Of a DNA stretch of 64,000 nt, positions 10,358-22,300 are shown piece after piece. Under the pieces are notes generated by a model that was given only the letters and a program-made list of their open reading frames with translations, was not told the origin of the DNA and did no database searches. Source of the stretch: an uncultured Holophagales bacterium (lineage in GTDB: Bacteria > Acidobacteriota > Thermoanaerobaculia > Multivoradales > UBA5704); NCBI GenBank assembly GCA_963842525.1, contig CAWJGT010000020.1, forward strand, positions 32,001 to 96,000. The letters run 5' to 3'. A program made the position numbers and the translations under genes. Positions within the stretch are counted from its first letter, which is position 1. Each line of letters starts with the position of its first letter.

Positions 10358-13300
10358 GCTTCACCCTGCCGCTCTCGCCAGGCCAGCGGGGCCTCTGGTT
10401 CCTGCATCGCCTGCATCCGGACAGCTCGGCCTATCACCTGGCCCTGGCGTCGCGGATCCTCAGCGCGATGCCGGCGGAGGCGATCCGTGGCTTCTTCCAG
10501 GAGCAGGTCGACCGCCACGAGGCCCTGCGCACCACGTTCCCTCTCGAAGGCGACGAGCCGGTCCAGCGCGTGGCCGATCCCTCCGAACACACCGAGTTGG
10601 CGTTCGAGGAGATCGACGCCACCGGATGGAGCGAGGCCGCTTTCCGGGAACGTCTGGAGCAGGAGGCGTGGAAGCCGTTCGATCTGGAGCGCGGGCCGCT
10701 GTTCCGTGTCCAGGTCTTCCAGCGGGTGAGCGAGCGGGTGCTTCTGGTCGTGGTGCATCACATCGTGGTGGATTTCGGGTCGTTCTACGGGATGCTGAGC
10801 AGCCCTCTCCCCCTGGCCCCCTCTCCCGCAGGAGCGGGGGAGGGGGAACGGCTCCAATACCGGGATTTCCTGCGCTGGCAGGAAGAGATGCTAGGGGGGA
10901 AAACGGGGGAGGAGCTGTGGGCGTTCTGGCGGGAGCGGCTGGCGGGATTGCCGGTGCTGGAGCTGCCAACGGACCGGCCGCGGCGCACGGGTGTCCCGGA
11001 GCGGGGCGGCAGCCGCTGGCACGAGATCGGGCCCGAGGTGGTGCGGCCGCTCAAGGCGCTGGCGCGCTCGCAGGGAGGGACGCTCTATGTGGCTCTTCTG
11101 GCGGGGTTCCAGGCGCTTCTTTCTCGCTACACGGGGCAGACCGATTTCGCGGTGGGCTCGCCCGCGGCCGGCAGGCCGAAGGGCTTCGCCCGGACGATGG
11201 GCTACTTCACGAATCCGCTCGCGGTGCGGGCGGATCTCTCCGGCGACCCGTCTTTCCTGGAGCTGCTCGGCCGTGTCCGCGCCCGGGTCTCCGAGGCTCT
11301 GGACCACCAGCACCTACCCCTGCCGGTCATCGTCGAGCGTCTACGTTTGGAGGCGTTCCGGACGCTTTTCGTTTTCCACCGGGACCCCTCGGGCCTGGAG
11401 GGGATGGTGGGCTTCGCGCTCGGCGAAGGGGGAGGTCTGCTGCGCTGGGGCGATCTGGAGCTGGAGCCGGTGGCCCTGCCGCCGCGGGCGGCACAGTTCA
11501 ACGTGACCCTGGCGGCGGGAGAGCGGCGGGGGAATCTGGGCCTCCAGCTCGTGTACAGCGCGGACATCTTTGACGCTTCGACCGCAGGGCGCTGGCTGGA
11601 GCATCTTGCCGTGCTCCTCGAAGCCGCAGCGGCCCAACCAGAGATGCCGCTCCGGGAGCTGCCGCTGTTGACCGCGTGGGAGAGGCAGCAGGTCCTGCTG
11701 GAGGTCAACGAGGCGAGCGAGATCGATCTGCCCTGGTCCCGTCTGGAGGAGGGATTCGAACGGCAGGCAGACCGGACGCCGGAAGCGGTCGCGGTGATCG
11801 ACGGCGACAGGCGGATCACCTACCGCGAGATGCGGGATCGTGTGATCGCGCTGGCCGAGTCACCTGAGCCATCTGAACGGGCAGGTGGTGGGGGTGAGGA
11901 TGCCCCGGAACGTCGAGATGGTGGCGACCCTGCTCGGAGTCCTGAAAGCAGGAGCCACCTACCTGCCGCTCGACCCATCGTATCCAGAGGAACGAATCAA
12001 CTTTCTCCTGGAGGACTCGGGGGCCTGTTCTGTGCTTCAGAGCACCAACGACGTTCCCCCTCTCCCGGCGGTGGGGGGGCGATGGGAGAGGGGGCCAGGG
12101 GGTGAGGTCGCCTACCTCATCTACACCTCCGGCTCCACCGGCCGTCCCAAAGGCGTCGCCATCGAGCACGCCAGCGCCGTCCGCCTCGTCGCCTGGGCCG
12201 GCAAGACCTACTCCCCCGAAGAGCTTTCCGGCGTCCTGGCCTCGACCTCGATCAGCTTCGACCTCTCCATTTTCGAGATCTTTGTCCCCCTCTCCTTCGG
12301 CGGGACGGTGATCCTGGCTGACAACGCCTTGGCGTTGCCTACCCTCCCGGCTGCCGGTGAGGTGACGCTGATCAACACGGTCCCTTCGGCCATCGCCGCC
12401 CTGCTGGACCTCGGGCCGCTGCCGCCACAGGTGCGGACGGTCAACCTGGCTGGCGAGCCGCTGCGGCGCTCGCTGGCGGATCGGGTGCTCGCCACCGGCG
12501 TCCGGCTCTGGGACCTCTACGGCCCCTCGGAGGACACGACCTATTCGACGGGCGCGGAGGTCCGGGCCGGCGATCCGGACGAGCCCTCGATCGGCTGGCC
12601 CGTAGCGGGATCGCGGGCCTACGTCGTCGATGCTGTGCTCCAGCCCTTGCCGGTCGGTGTCCCTGGGGAGCTGTGCCTGGGTGGAGGAGGGCTGGCGCGG
12701 GGGTACCTGGACCGGCCGGATCTGACGGCCGAACGGTTCGTGCCCGATCCGTTCTCCGGCGGAAGGCTCTACCGGACAGGCGACCTGGCCCGGAGACGGC
12801 CGGACGGAAACCTCGAATACCTGGGCCGGCTGGACCACCAGGTCAAGATCCGGGGGTTCCGCATCGAGCCGGGGGAGATCGAAGCGGCGCTGCTGTCCCA
12901 CCCTGGGGTGCGCGAAGCGGTCGTGGTGGCGCGTGACGAGGCCCTGGTGGCCTACGTCGCGCTGACCTCGGAGACCCCCGATCTGGCGGCGTACCTGCGC
13001 TCCCGCCTGCCTGCGCCCTTCGTGCCATCGGCCTTCGTGGTGCTGCCGGCCCTGCCCCTCACACCCAACGGCAAGGTGGATCGCAAGGCACTTCCTGCGC
13101 CGGAGCGGATGGGAGCGCAGACCGTCGAGGAGCCGGTCGGTCCGGTTGAAGAGGCGCTCGCCGGAATCTGGGCCGAGGTCCTCGGCCTTGATCAGGTGGG
13201 CCGGCACGAGAGCTTCTTCGAGCTGGGCGGTCATTCGCTGCTGGCGGTCCAGGTAGCGTCGCGCGTGCGCCGCGTCCTCGGCCGCGAGATCCCCCTGACT

Positions 13301-16300
13301 GACATCTTCGAGGCGCCCACGGTCGCCACACTGGCGAAGCGGCTCGGCGATGGGCTGGGGGCGGCACCCTCGCCGCCGCCGCTCCTGCCGGCTGACCCGG
13401 AGCTTCGCGCCGCGCCCGCGCCGCTCTCTTTCGCCCAGGAGCGGCTCTGGTTCCTCAACCGGCTCGATCCCGGCTCCGCCGTCTACAACATGCCCGCAGC
13501 GGTTCGCCTGACAGGGGATCTCGCCGCGTCCGCGCTCGGCCGCGCGCTCGCCGAGATCGTCCGCCGCCATGGAGCGCTGCGTGCCGTCTTCCACCCCGGC
13601 GAGGAGGGACCGGTGCAGGTGGTCTCGAAGGCGGGTTTCCCGCTGCCGTGGATCGATCTCACAGAGCTGGTTCGAGAGGTCGAGCCGGAGGCCCGGCGGA
13701 TCACCCGGGAGGAGGCCTCGCGGCCCTTCGATCTGGAGGCGGGGCCGGTCTTCCGCGCCATGCTCTTCCGGCTGGGCCCTGGGGACCACCTGCTCCTGGT
13801 CAACCTCCACCACATCGTCAGCGACGGCTGGTCCCTGGGCCTCCTCGTCCGCGAGCTGACGTTTCTCTACGACGCTTTCCGCGAAGTCTCTGCCTTCTCC
13901 CTTGCCGGAGCTGCCGGTCCAGTATGCCGATTATGCCCGCTGGCAGCGGAGCTGGCTGGAGGGCGAGGTCCTGACCTCCGAGCTGTCCTGGTGGCGCGAG
14001 TCCCTGGCCGGCCTGCCGGAAAGGCTCGATCTGCCTACCGACCATCCCCGCCGGGCAGGGATGGGGACGCGGCGCGGAGCCAGGCGGCCCGTGCGGCTCG
14101 GCACCAGCCTGACGCGACAGATCACCGATCTGTCCCGCCAGGAGGGCGCCACGCCGTTCATGGTGGTGCTTGCCGGCTTCCAGGCCCTGCTGGGGCGCTG
14201 GGCCGGTCAAGACGATCTGGCGGTCGGCAGCCCGATCGCCGGCCGGACGCGGATCGAGGTGGAGAACCTGGTCGGGCTCTTCGTCAAAACGCTGGTCCTG
14301 CGAGGAGACCTGCGCGGTGACCCTGCCGTCCGCGAGCTCCTGGCCCGGACGCGGCGGACCGTGCTGGCCGCCCACGAGCACCAGCATCTCCCGTTCGAAA
14401 AGCTGGTGGAGGAGCTGGCACCGGCGCGGGAGCTGGGGAGGACCCCGCTGTTCGAGGCGATGCTGGCCTTTCAGACCGCCTCTCCCGGCGCTCCCGAGCT
14501 GCCCGGCCTGGAGGTCGAGGTTGTGCCGGTCGAGACAGGGACGGCGAAATTCGACCTCCTCCTGGACCTGACCGAGCACGCCGGCAAGCTGGCGGGCTGG
14601 CTCGAATACGACGCCGGCCTGTTCGAGGCGCCAACAGTCGATCGCCTGCTGGGGCATTTCGAGGCGCTGCTGTCCGGCATGGTGGCCGCCCCTGGAGACA
14701 AAGTCCACGACCTGGCGCTGCTATCCGAGGTCGAGAGACATCAACTGCTGGCGGAGGCGAACGACCAGGGGGCGGCTGAGCCGCGCTGGGCGTTGCTCCA
14801 CGAGGGCTTCGAGCAGCAGGCGCAACGCACGCCGGATGCAGTGGCGGTCGTCTGGGGCGAGGAGAGGATCACCTACCGCCATCTGAACGAAAGCGCCGAC
14901 CGGCTGGCCACAGAGCTGCGAAGTCGAGGAGCCGGCCCGGAGAGGATCATCGGGATCTCCCTCCCGCGTACCCCCGAGATGATCGTGGCCCTGCTCGCCG
15001 TGCTCAAGGCTGAAGCCGCCTATCTCCCCCTCGATCCGTCCTATCCGCCGGACCGGATCGCATTCCTGCTCGCGGACGCTGGTGTGGACCTCCTCATTGG
15101 CAGCCCCGTAGGGGCGGCCGGAATTAGCCCGGGATTTCAATCCCGGGAATCGGGCGCATCCCCAAATCTCCAGAGCCCCGCCAGGGGCGACAGGAATCCG
15201 GCCGGCGAGCCCCTGCCGCCCCTAACGGGGCTGGTGGATGGGGGTGGCTTTCCCTTCCGGGCCTGAAGGCCCGGGCTAATTCCGGCCGCCCCTGCGGGGC
15301 TAGCTCGCCTACCTCATCTACACCTCCGGCTCCACCGGCCGCCCCAAAGGCGTCGCCATCGAGCACGCCAGCGCCGTGCGCCTCGTCGCCTGGGCCGGGG
15401 AGACCTACTCGCCCGAAGATCTCTCCGGCGTCCTCGCCTCCACCTCGATCAATTTCGACCTCTCGATCTTCGAGATCTTCGTCCCTCTCTCTTTCGGAGG
15501 GACGGTCATCCTGGCCGAGAACGCCCTCGCCCTGCCCACCCTGCCCGCGCGGGGAGAGGTGACCCTGCTCAACACGGTCCCTTCCGCCCTCGCCGCCCTG
15601 CTGGACCTCGGGCCGCTCCCGCCGTCGATCCGCACGGTCAACCTGGCTGGCGAGCCGCTGCGGCGCGGGCTTGCCGAGCGGGTCTATCGGAGGGGGCGGC
15701 GGGCGTGGAGCGGCTGTGGAACCTCTACGGCCCGTCCGAGGACACGACCTATTCGACCGGCTCGCTCGTCGAGCCGGGCTTGGCCGGGGAGCCCGCGATC
15801 GGCTGGCCGGTGGCCGGCTCGCGGGGCTATGTGGTCGACGCTTCGTTGCGGCTCCAACCCCCCGGCGTTCGCGGGGAGCTGTGTCTGGGCGGGGGAGGGT
15901 TGGCGCGGGGCTACATGGGCCGGCCGGAGCTGACGGCGGAACGGTTCGTGCCCGATCCGCTCTCCGGCGAGCCGGGCGGGCGCCTCTATCGGACGGGAGA
16001 CCTGACCCGCAGGAGGCCGGACGGGGCTCTCGAATACCTGGGCCGGCTGGATCACCAGGTCAAGATTCGGGGGTTCCGGATCGAGCCGGGGGAGATCGAG
16101 GCGGTGCTGCTGTCCCATCCCGAGGTGCGCGAGGCAGTGGTGGTGGCTCGGGAAGGGGCTCTGGTGGCCTACGTCTCGCTCACTTCGGAGGGTCTGGATC
16201 TGGCGGCGTACCTGCGCTCCCGCCTGCCGGCTCCCTTCGTGCCCTCGGCCTTCGTGGTGCTGCCGGCTCTGCCCTTGACCCCCAACGGCAAGGTGGACCG

Positions 16301-19300
16301 CAAGGCTCTGCCGGCGCCGGAGAGGATCGGGCAGAGGATCTTCGAGGAGCCGGTCGGACCCGTCGAAGAGGCTCTCGCCGAGGTCTGGACCGATGTCCTC
16401 GGCCGTGACCGTGTGGGCCGGCACGAGAGCTTCTTCGAGCTGGGAGGGCATTCGCTGCTGGCCACCCGGGTGCTGTCCCGGATCTCGCGCCGGTTCGGCG
16501 TGGATCTGCCGTTGGGTGCGCTCTTCGAATCGCCGACCGTGGCGGCGCTGGCCGGCAGGATCGCGGCCGCCGGTGGAGACGCAGCGCCGCCGCTGCGGCC
16601 TGTGCTCGTTCCACACGAGGGGCGACAGGACCTGCCGCTCTCCTTCGCCCAGCAGCGGCTCTGGTTCCTCGACCAGCTCCAACCCGGCTCGGCGGCCTAC
16701 AACATGCCCGGAGCGGCCTTCCTGGAGGGACCGCTCGCGCCGGCCGCGCTGGCCGCGAGCCTCACTGCACTCGTGGCGCGGCACGAGGCTCTGCGCACGC
16801 GCTTCGCCGAGCGCGACGGTCGTCCGGTCCAGATCATCGATCCGCCGCAGCCGGTGGAGCTGTCCATGGTCGAGGCTTCCGAGGAAGAGGCGTACACACT
16901 GGTCCAGCGCGAAGCGGCGCGCCCCTTCGATCTCGGCCGCGGTCCCCTTCTGCGTGCCGGCCTGGTACGGCTCGACCCTGAGCGCCACCTGCTGTGGCTG
17001 GTGCTCCACCACATCGTCGCCGACGGCTGGTCGCTCGGCGTTCTGATAGGCGACCTGGCGGCTCTGTACGCAGGGCTCTCCCTCCCCGAGCTGCCGGTCC
17101 AGTACGCCGACTACGCGATCTGGCAGCGGGAGCAGCCTGCCGACCTGGACTGGTGGAAGGAGCGCTTGGCAGGTGCGCCGGAGACCTTGGAGCTGCCGGC
17201 GGACCGTCCGCGCCCAGCCGTGCGCACCCAGCGCGGCTTCCAGGTGAGGACGTCGCTGCCGCCCGATCTGGCTGACGGCCTGCGTGACCTCTGCCGCCAG
17301 CGTGGAGCGACCCTGTTCCTGGGCCTGCTGGCCGCCTTCGAGACCCTGCTCCTCCGCTACACCGGCCAGGAGGATCTGCTGGTGGGATCGGCGGTGGCGA
17401 ACCGCAACCGGCCGGAGGTGGAGGGGCTGATCGGCCTCTTCGCCAACACTCTGGTGCTGCGCGGCGATCTGGCGGGTGATCCGTCCTTCGCCGAGGCTCT
17501 GGACCGGGCGCGGGAGGGCACCCTCAGCGCCTTCGCCCACCAGGACGTGTCGATCGAGAAGCTCGTCGAGGAGCTGCATCCTGGCCGGGAGTTGGGACAG
17601 AACCCGCTCTTCCAGGTGGTCATCGTCCTCCAGAACGCGCCCATCCGCCTGGAGCTGCCGGGGCTCACGCTGCGCCGGGTCGAGGTGGAGACCGGGACCG
17701 CGAAGTTCGACCTCACCCTGGAGCTGACCGAGAGCGCAGAGGGGTTGACCGCCGTCTGGGAGCTGAGCAGCGACCTGTTCGAGCCGGCGACAGGGCGGCG
17801 GATGGCGGCTCATTTCGAGAGCCTCGTGCGGAGCGCGGTGGCAGCGCCCGACCAGAGGCTTTCTGATCTGACTCTGCTGGGTGAGGACGAGCGCCGGCAG
17901 CTCTTGTTCGAGTGGAAGCTCGGCTCCTACGGCAGCGCCGCTGGAGCCGCTGGAGATACCGGTCCACCGCCTGTTCGAAGAGCAGGCCCGGAGCACGCCG
18001 GACCGGATCGCGCTCGTCGCGGGCAACCTGGAGCTGACGTATGGCGAGCTGGACGCGCGGGCCAACCGCCTGGCCCGTCATCTCCAGGACCTGGGCGTCC
18101 GGCCCGAGACCCTGGTGGGCGTGCTCCTCGAACGGTCACCGGAAATGATTGAGGCGTTCCTGGCGATCCTCAAGGCCGGCGGCGCCTATGTGCCGCTCGA
18201 TCCCTCCTGGCCGGAGGAGCGCCGGGCCGAGCTGATCGATGAGGCTGGCGTCCGGGTCATTCCCTGGGACCGCGGGCGTCCCGCCCGCACCATCCAAAAA
18301 AATGCGGGCGGGACGCCCGCGGTCCCAGGGGTGGGACTTCTGGCTTATGCGATGTTCACTTCGGGCTCGACCGGCCGGCCGAAGACGGTGGGCATCGAGC
18401 ACCGGAGCATCGTGCGGCTTGTGCGCGGCGCGGACTGGGCGGATCTCGGGCGGGATCAGGTCTTTCTCCAGCTTGCTTCGCCTGCCTTCGACGCCGCGAC
18501 TCTGGAGATCTGGGGCGCTCTCGCCAATGGCGGACGGCTGGCACTTTTCCCGCCAGGAGCCCCGTCGGTCGAGGACCTGGGAGCGGCCCTGGAGAGGCAC
18601 GGGATCACCACCCTCTGGCTCACCGCGGGTCTCTTCCATCAGGTCGTCGAGAGCAGGATCGACATCCTCCGCGGCGTGCGGCAACTCCTGGCTGGCGGCG
18701 ATGTGCTGTCGCCCGAGGCGGTCGACCGGGTGGTCGTCGAGCTGCCCGGCTGCCGGATGATCAACGGCTACGGTCCGACCGAGAACACCACATTTACCTG
18801 TTGTCACGAGGTCCGGGGGCCTCTTTCCGGCCGCACGGTGCCGATCGGCCGGCCGATCGCGGGGACGACGGTCTACGTTCTGGACGCCCATCTCCAGCCG
18901 GTCCCGGAGCTCGTTCCCGGGGAGCTTCTGGCGGGCGGCGAAGGTCTGGCCCGGGGCTATCTGGGCCGGCCCGACCTGACCGCCGAGCGCTTCGTGCCCA
19001 GCCCCCCCTTCGAGGATGAGCCGCCGGGTGCGCGCCTCTATCGCACGGGCGACCGGGTGCGTTGGTCGCCCCGTGGCGAGCTGGAGTTCCTGGGGAGGCT
19101 GGACCGGCAGGTCAAGATCCGGGGCTTCCGCGTCGAGCCCGCCGAGATCGAGGCCGTGCTGGCGCGCCATCCCGGTGTGTCCCAGGCTGCCGTGATCGTG
19201 GTCGACGATACGGCGGACCGGCGGCTCGTGGCCTGTGTGGTCCCCGCGGGCGAGGATCTCTCTGGGCTGCGCGATTGGCTGGCAGACCGGCTGCCGGCGT

Positions 19301-22300
19301 ATCTCATCCCCTCCCTGGTCACACTTCCCGATCTTCCGCTCACGCCCAACGGCAAGGTGGACCGGGCAGCGCTCCGAGGCCGTCTGCCCGAGGTCGAGCC
19401 GCAGAGCGGTTATGTCGCACCGCGCACTCCGGTCGAGGAGCTGCTGGCCGGCGTCTGGGCCGAGGTGCTCGGCGTCGAGCGCATCGGGATCCACGACGAC
19501 TTCTTCGAGCTGGGTGGGCACTCCCTGCTCGCCACGCGAGTCGTCTCCCGGGTGCGGGCGGCGCTGGACGCCGAGGTGCCGCTGGCCGCGCTGTTCGAGA
19601 CCCCGACCGTGGCAGGGCTGGCCCGCCTGATCGAGGAACGGCGCGTCCGGCAGAGCCCTCTCCCCCTGGCCCCCTCTCCCGTGCGTCCCCCGTCCGCCCG
19701 CCCCGAACGGGAGAGGGGGAACGAGAGCGGGCTGGGTGGTGGCGCCCCTCTCCCGCTCGGGGTGGGGGGTGGTGGCCGTGCGGGGGAGGGGTCGGGGGAG
19801 GGGGGCGAGGCCCCTCTCTCCTTTGCCCAGGAGCGGCTCTGGTTCCTGGACCGGCTGGAGCCCGGCTCGGCCACCTACAACTTGCCGGTGGCGGTGCGGC
19901 TGCGCGGGAACCTGGACATCTCCGCCCTGGAGAGGAGCCTGGGCGAGATCCTTCGCCGCCACGCGGCGCTGCGGACCACCTTCCACGAGTCCGGTGATGG
20001 ACCCATCCAGGTCGTTGCCCCGCCGGAGCCGTTCCGCCTGCCCGTCGACGATGCGCCCGGCAGCATGGAGGAGGAGGCGCGCTGTCCCTTCGATCTGGAG
20101 GCGGGACCGATCTTCCGCGCCCATCTCTTCCGGCTGGCTCCCGGGGACCACCTGCTCCTGGTCAATCTCCACCACATTGCCAGCGACGGCTGGTCCATGG
20201 GCATCCTCGTCCGCGAGGTGGCGGCTCTCTACGGCGCCTTCCGCGAAGGCCGGCCGTCGCCTCTGCCCGAGCTGCCGGTCCAGTACGCCGACTATGCCCG
20301 TTGGCAGCGGAGCTGGCTTTCCGGCGAGGCCCTGGCCGCCGAGCTGGCCTGGTGGCGAGAGACCCTGGCGGGCCTGCCCGAGAGGCTCGACCTGCCTACC
20401 GACCATCCGCGCCGAGGCGGAGCGGAGACGCGAAGCGGAGCCAGACGGCCGGTGCGGCTCGGCAGCGAGCTGACGCGGCAGATCGCCGGCCTGTCCCGCC
20501 GGGAGGGCGCCACGCCGTTCATGGTGGTCCTCGCCGCCTTCCAGACTGTTCTGGGGCGCTGGGCCGGCCAGGAGGATCTGGCCGTGGGCAGCCCGATCGC
20601 CGGCCGGACGCGGATGGAGGTGGAGGATCTGATCGGGTTCTTCGTCAATACGCTGGTCCTGCGGGGAGACCTGCGCGGCGATCCCACCGTTCGCGATCTG
20701 CTCGTCCGGACGCGGCGCATGGTGCTGGCGACCCATGAGCACCAGCACCTCCCGTTCGAGAAGCTGGTGGAGGAGCTGTCGCCTGTACGGCAGCTCGGGA
20801 GGACCCCCCTGTTCGAGGCGATGCTGGCCTTCCAGACCGCCTTGCCCGGGGCACCCGAGCTTCCAGGTCTGGAGGTGGAGATCGTGCCGGTCGATCCGGG
20901 GGTGGCGAAATTCGATCTCCTCCTGGACCTGACCGAGCGTGGCGGCGAGCTGGTGGGCTGGCTGGAGCACGACGCCGACCTGTTCGAGGCGCCGACCCTC
21001 GATCGTCTGCTGGGGCATTTCGAGGCGCTGCTGTCCGGCATGGTGTCTTCTTCTGGAGAGAGGGTCTTCGGCCTGCCGCTTCTATCCGCGGCGGAACGCC
21101 ACCAGATCCTCGAGTGGAATGCGAGCGCAGTAGCCCGGCCCGCGGAGGCTTCGATCCCTGCCCTGTTCCTGGAGCAGGTGGACCGGACCCCTGAGCAGGA
21201 GGCTGTCCGCTTCGCCGGCGAGAGCCTCACCTACCGCGATCTCGAAGAAAGATCGAGCCGGCTCGCCCGCCACCTGCGCCGGCTCGGAGTCGGACCGGAA
21301 GTCGTGGTGGGGATCGCCCTGGACCGTTCCCTGGAGCTGATCATCGCGCTCTACGCCACACTCAAGGCGGGCGGCGCCTACCTGCCTCTCGATCTCTCCC
21401 ATCCGGACGAGAGGCTTGCCTTCCTCCTGGCCGAGGCCGGCGCACCGGTCGTCCTGACCCTTGCGGAGCACGCGCCGCGCTTCGCCGGCTCCCGGGCCGC
21501 GGTCGTCCGCCTCGACGCCGAACGCTCCGTGATCGAGGCGGAGAGCACTGACCGTCCACCCCTGGAGATCCGGGGCGATCATCTCGCCTACGTCATCTTC
21601 ACCTCGGGCTCGACCGGGGCTCCCAAGGGAGCGATGAACACCCATGCGGCGATCGCCAACCGGCTGCTGTGGATGCAGGAAGCCTATCGGCTGGACGCGT
21701 CGGACCGGGTGCTGCAGAAGACGCCGTCCACCTTCGACGTTTCGGTCTGGGAATTCTTCTGGCCTCTGATCGCGGGTGCGACTCTGGTGATCGCCCGGCC
21801 GGAAGGACACCGCGATTCTTCGTACCTCCTGCGGACGATCCACGACGAGGCGATCACGGTCCTCCACTTCGTCCCGTCCATGCTGCAGGTCTTCCTCGAC
21901 GAGCCGGGGGTGGAGGAGGCGGCCAGCCGTCTGCGGCAGGTGATGGCGAGCGGCGAGGCGCTCCCGGCCGACCTTGCAAGTCGCTTTGCGGAGCGCCTGC
22001 CGGGAGTGCGGCTGCACAACCTCTACGGACCGACCGAGGCCGCCGTGGACGTCACCTCGTGGACGGTCGAGGCCGGGGAGCCGGCGGTCTCCCTCGGCCG
22101 GCCGATCGCGAACCTCGAGATCCATATCCTGGACCGCTCTTTCCGGCCGGTGCCCGTTGGCGTGGCCGGGGAGCTGTGCATCGGCGGCGCCGGTCTCGCC
22201 CGCGGCTATCTCGGCCGTCCGGATCTGACGCCGGAACGCTTCGTCCCCGCTCTGAGCGGGGCTCCTGGAGCGCGCCTGTACCGCACCGGCGACCTGGCCT

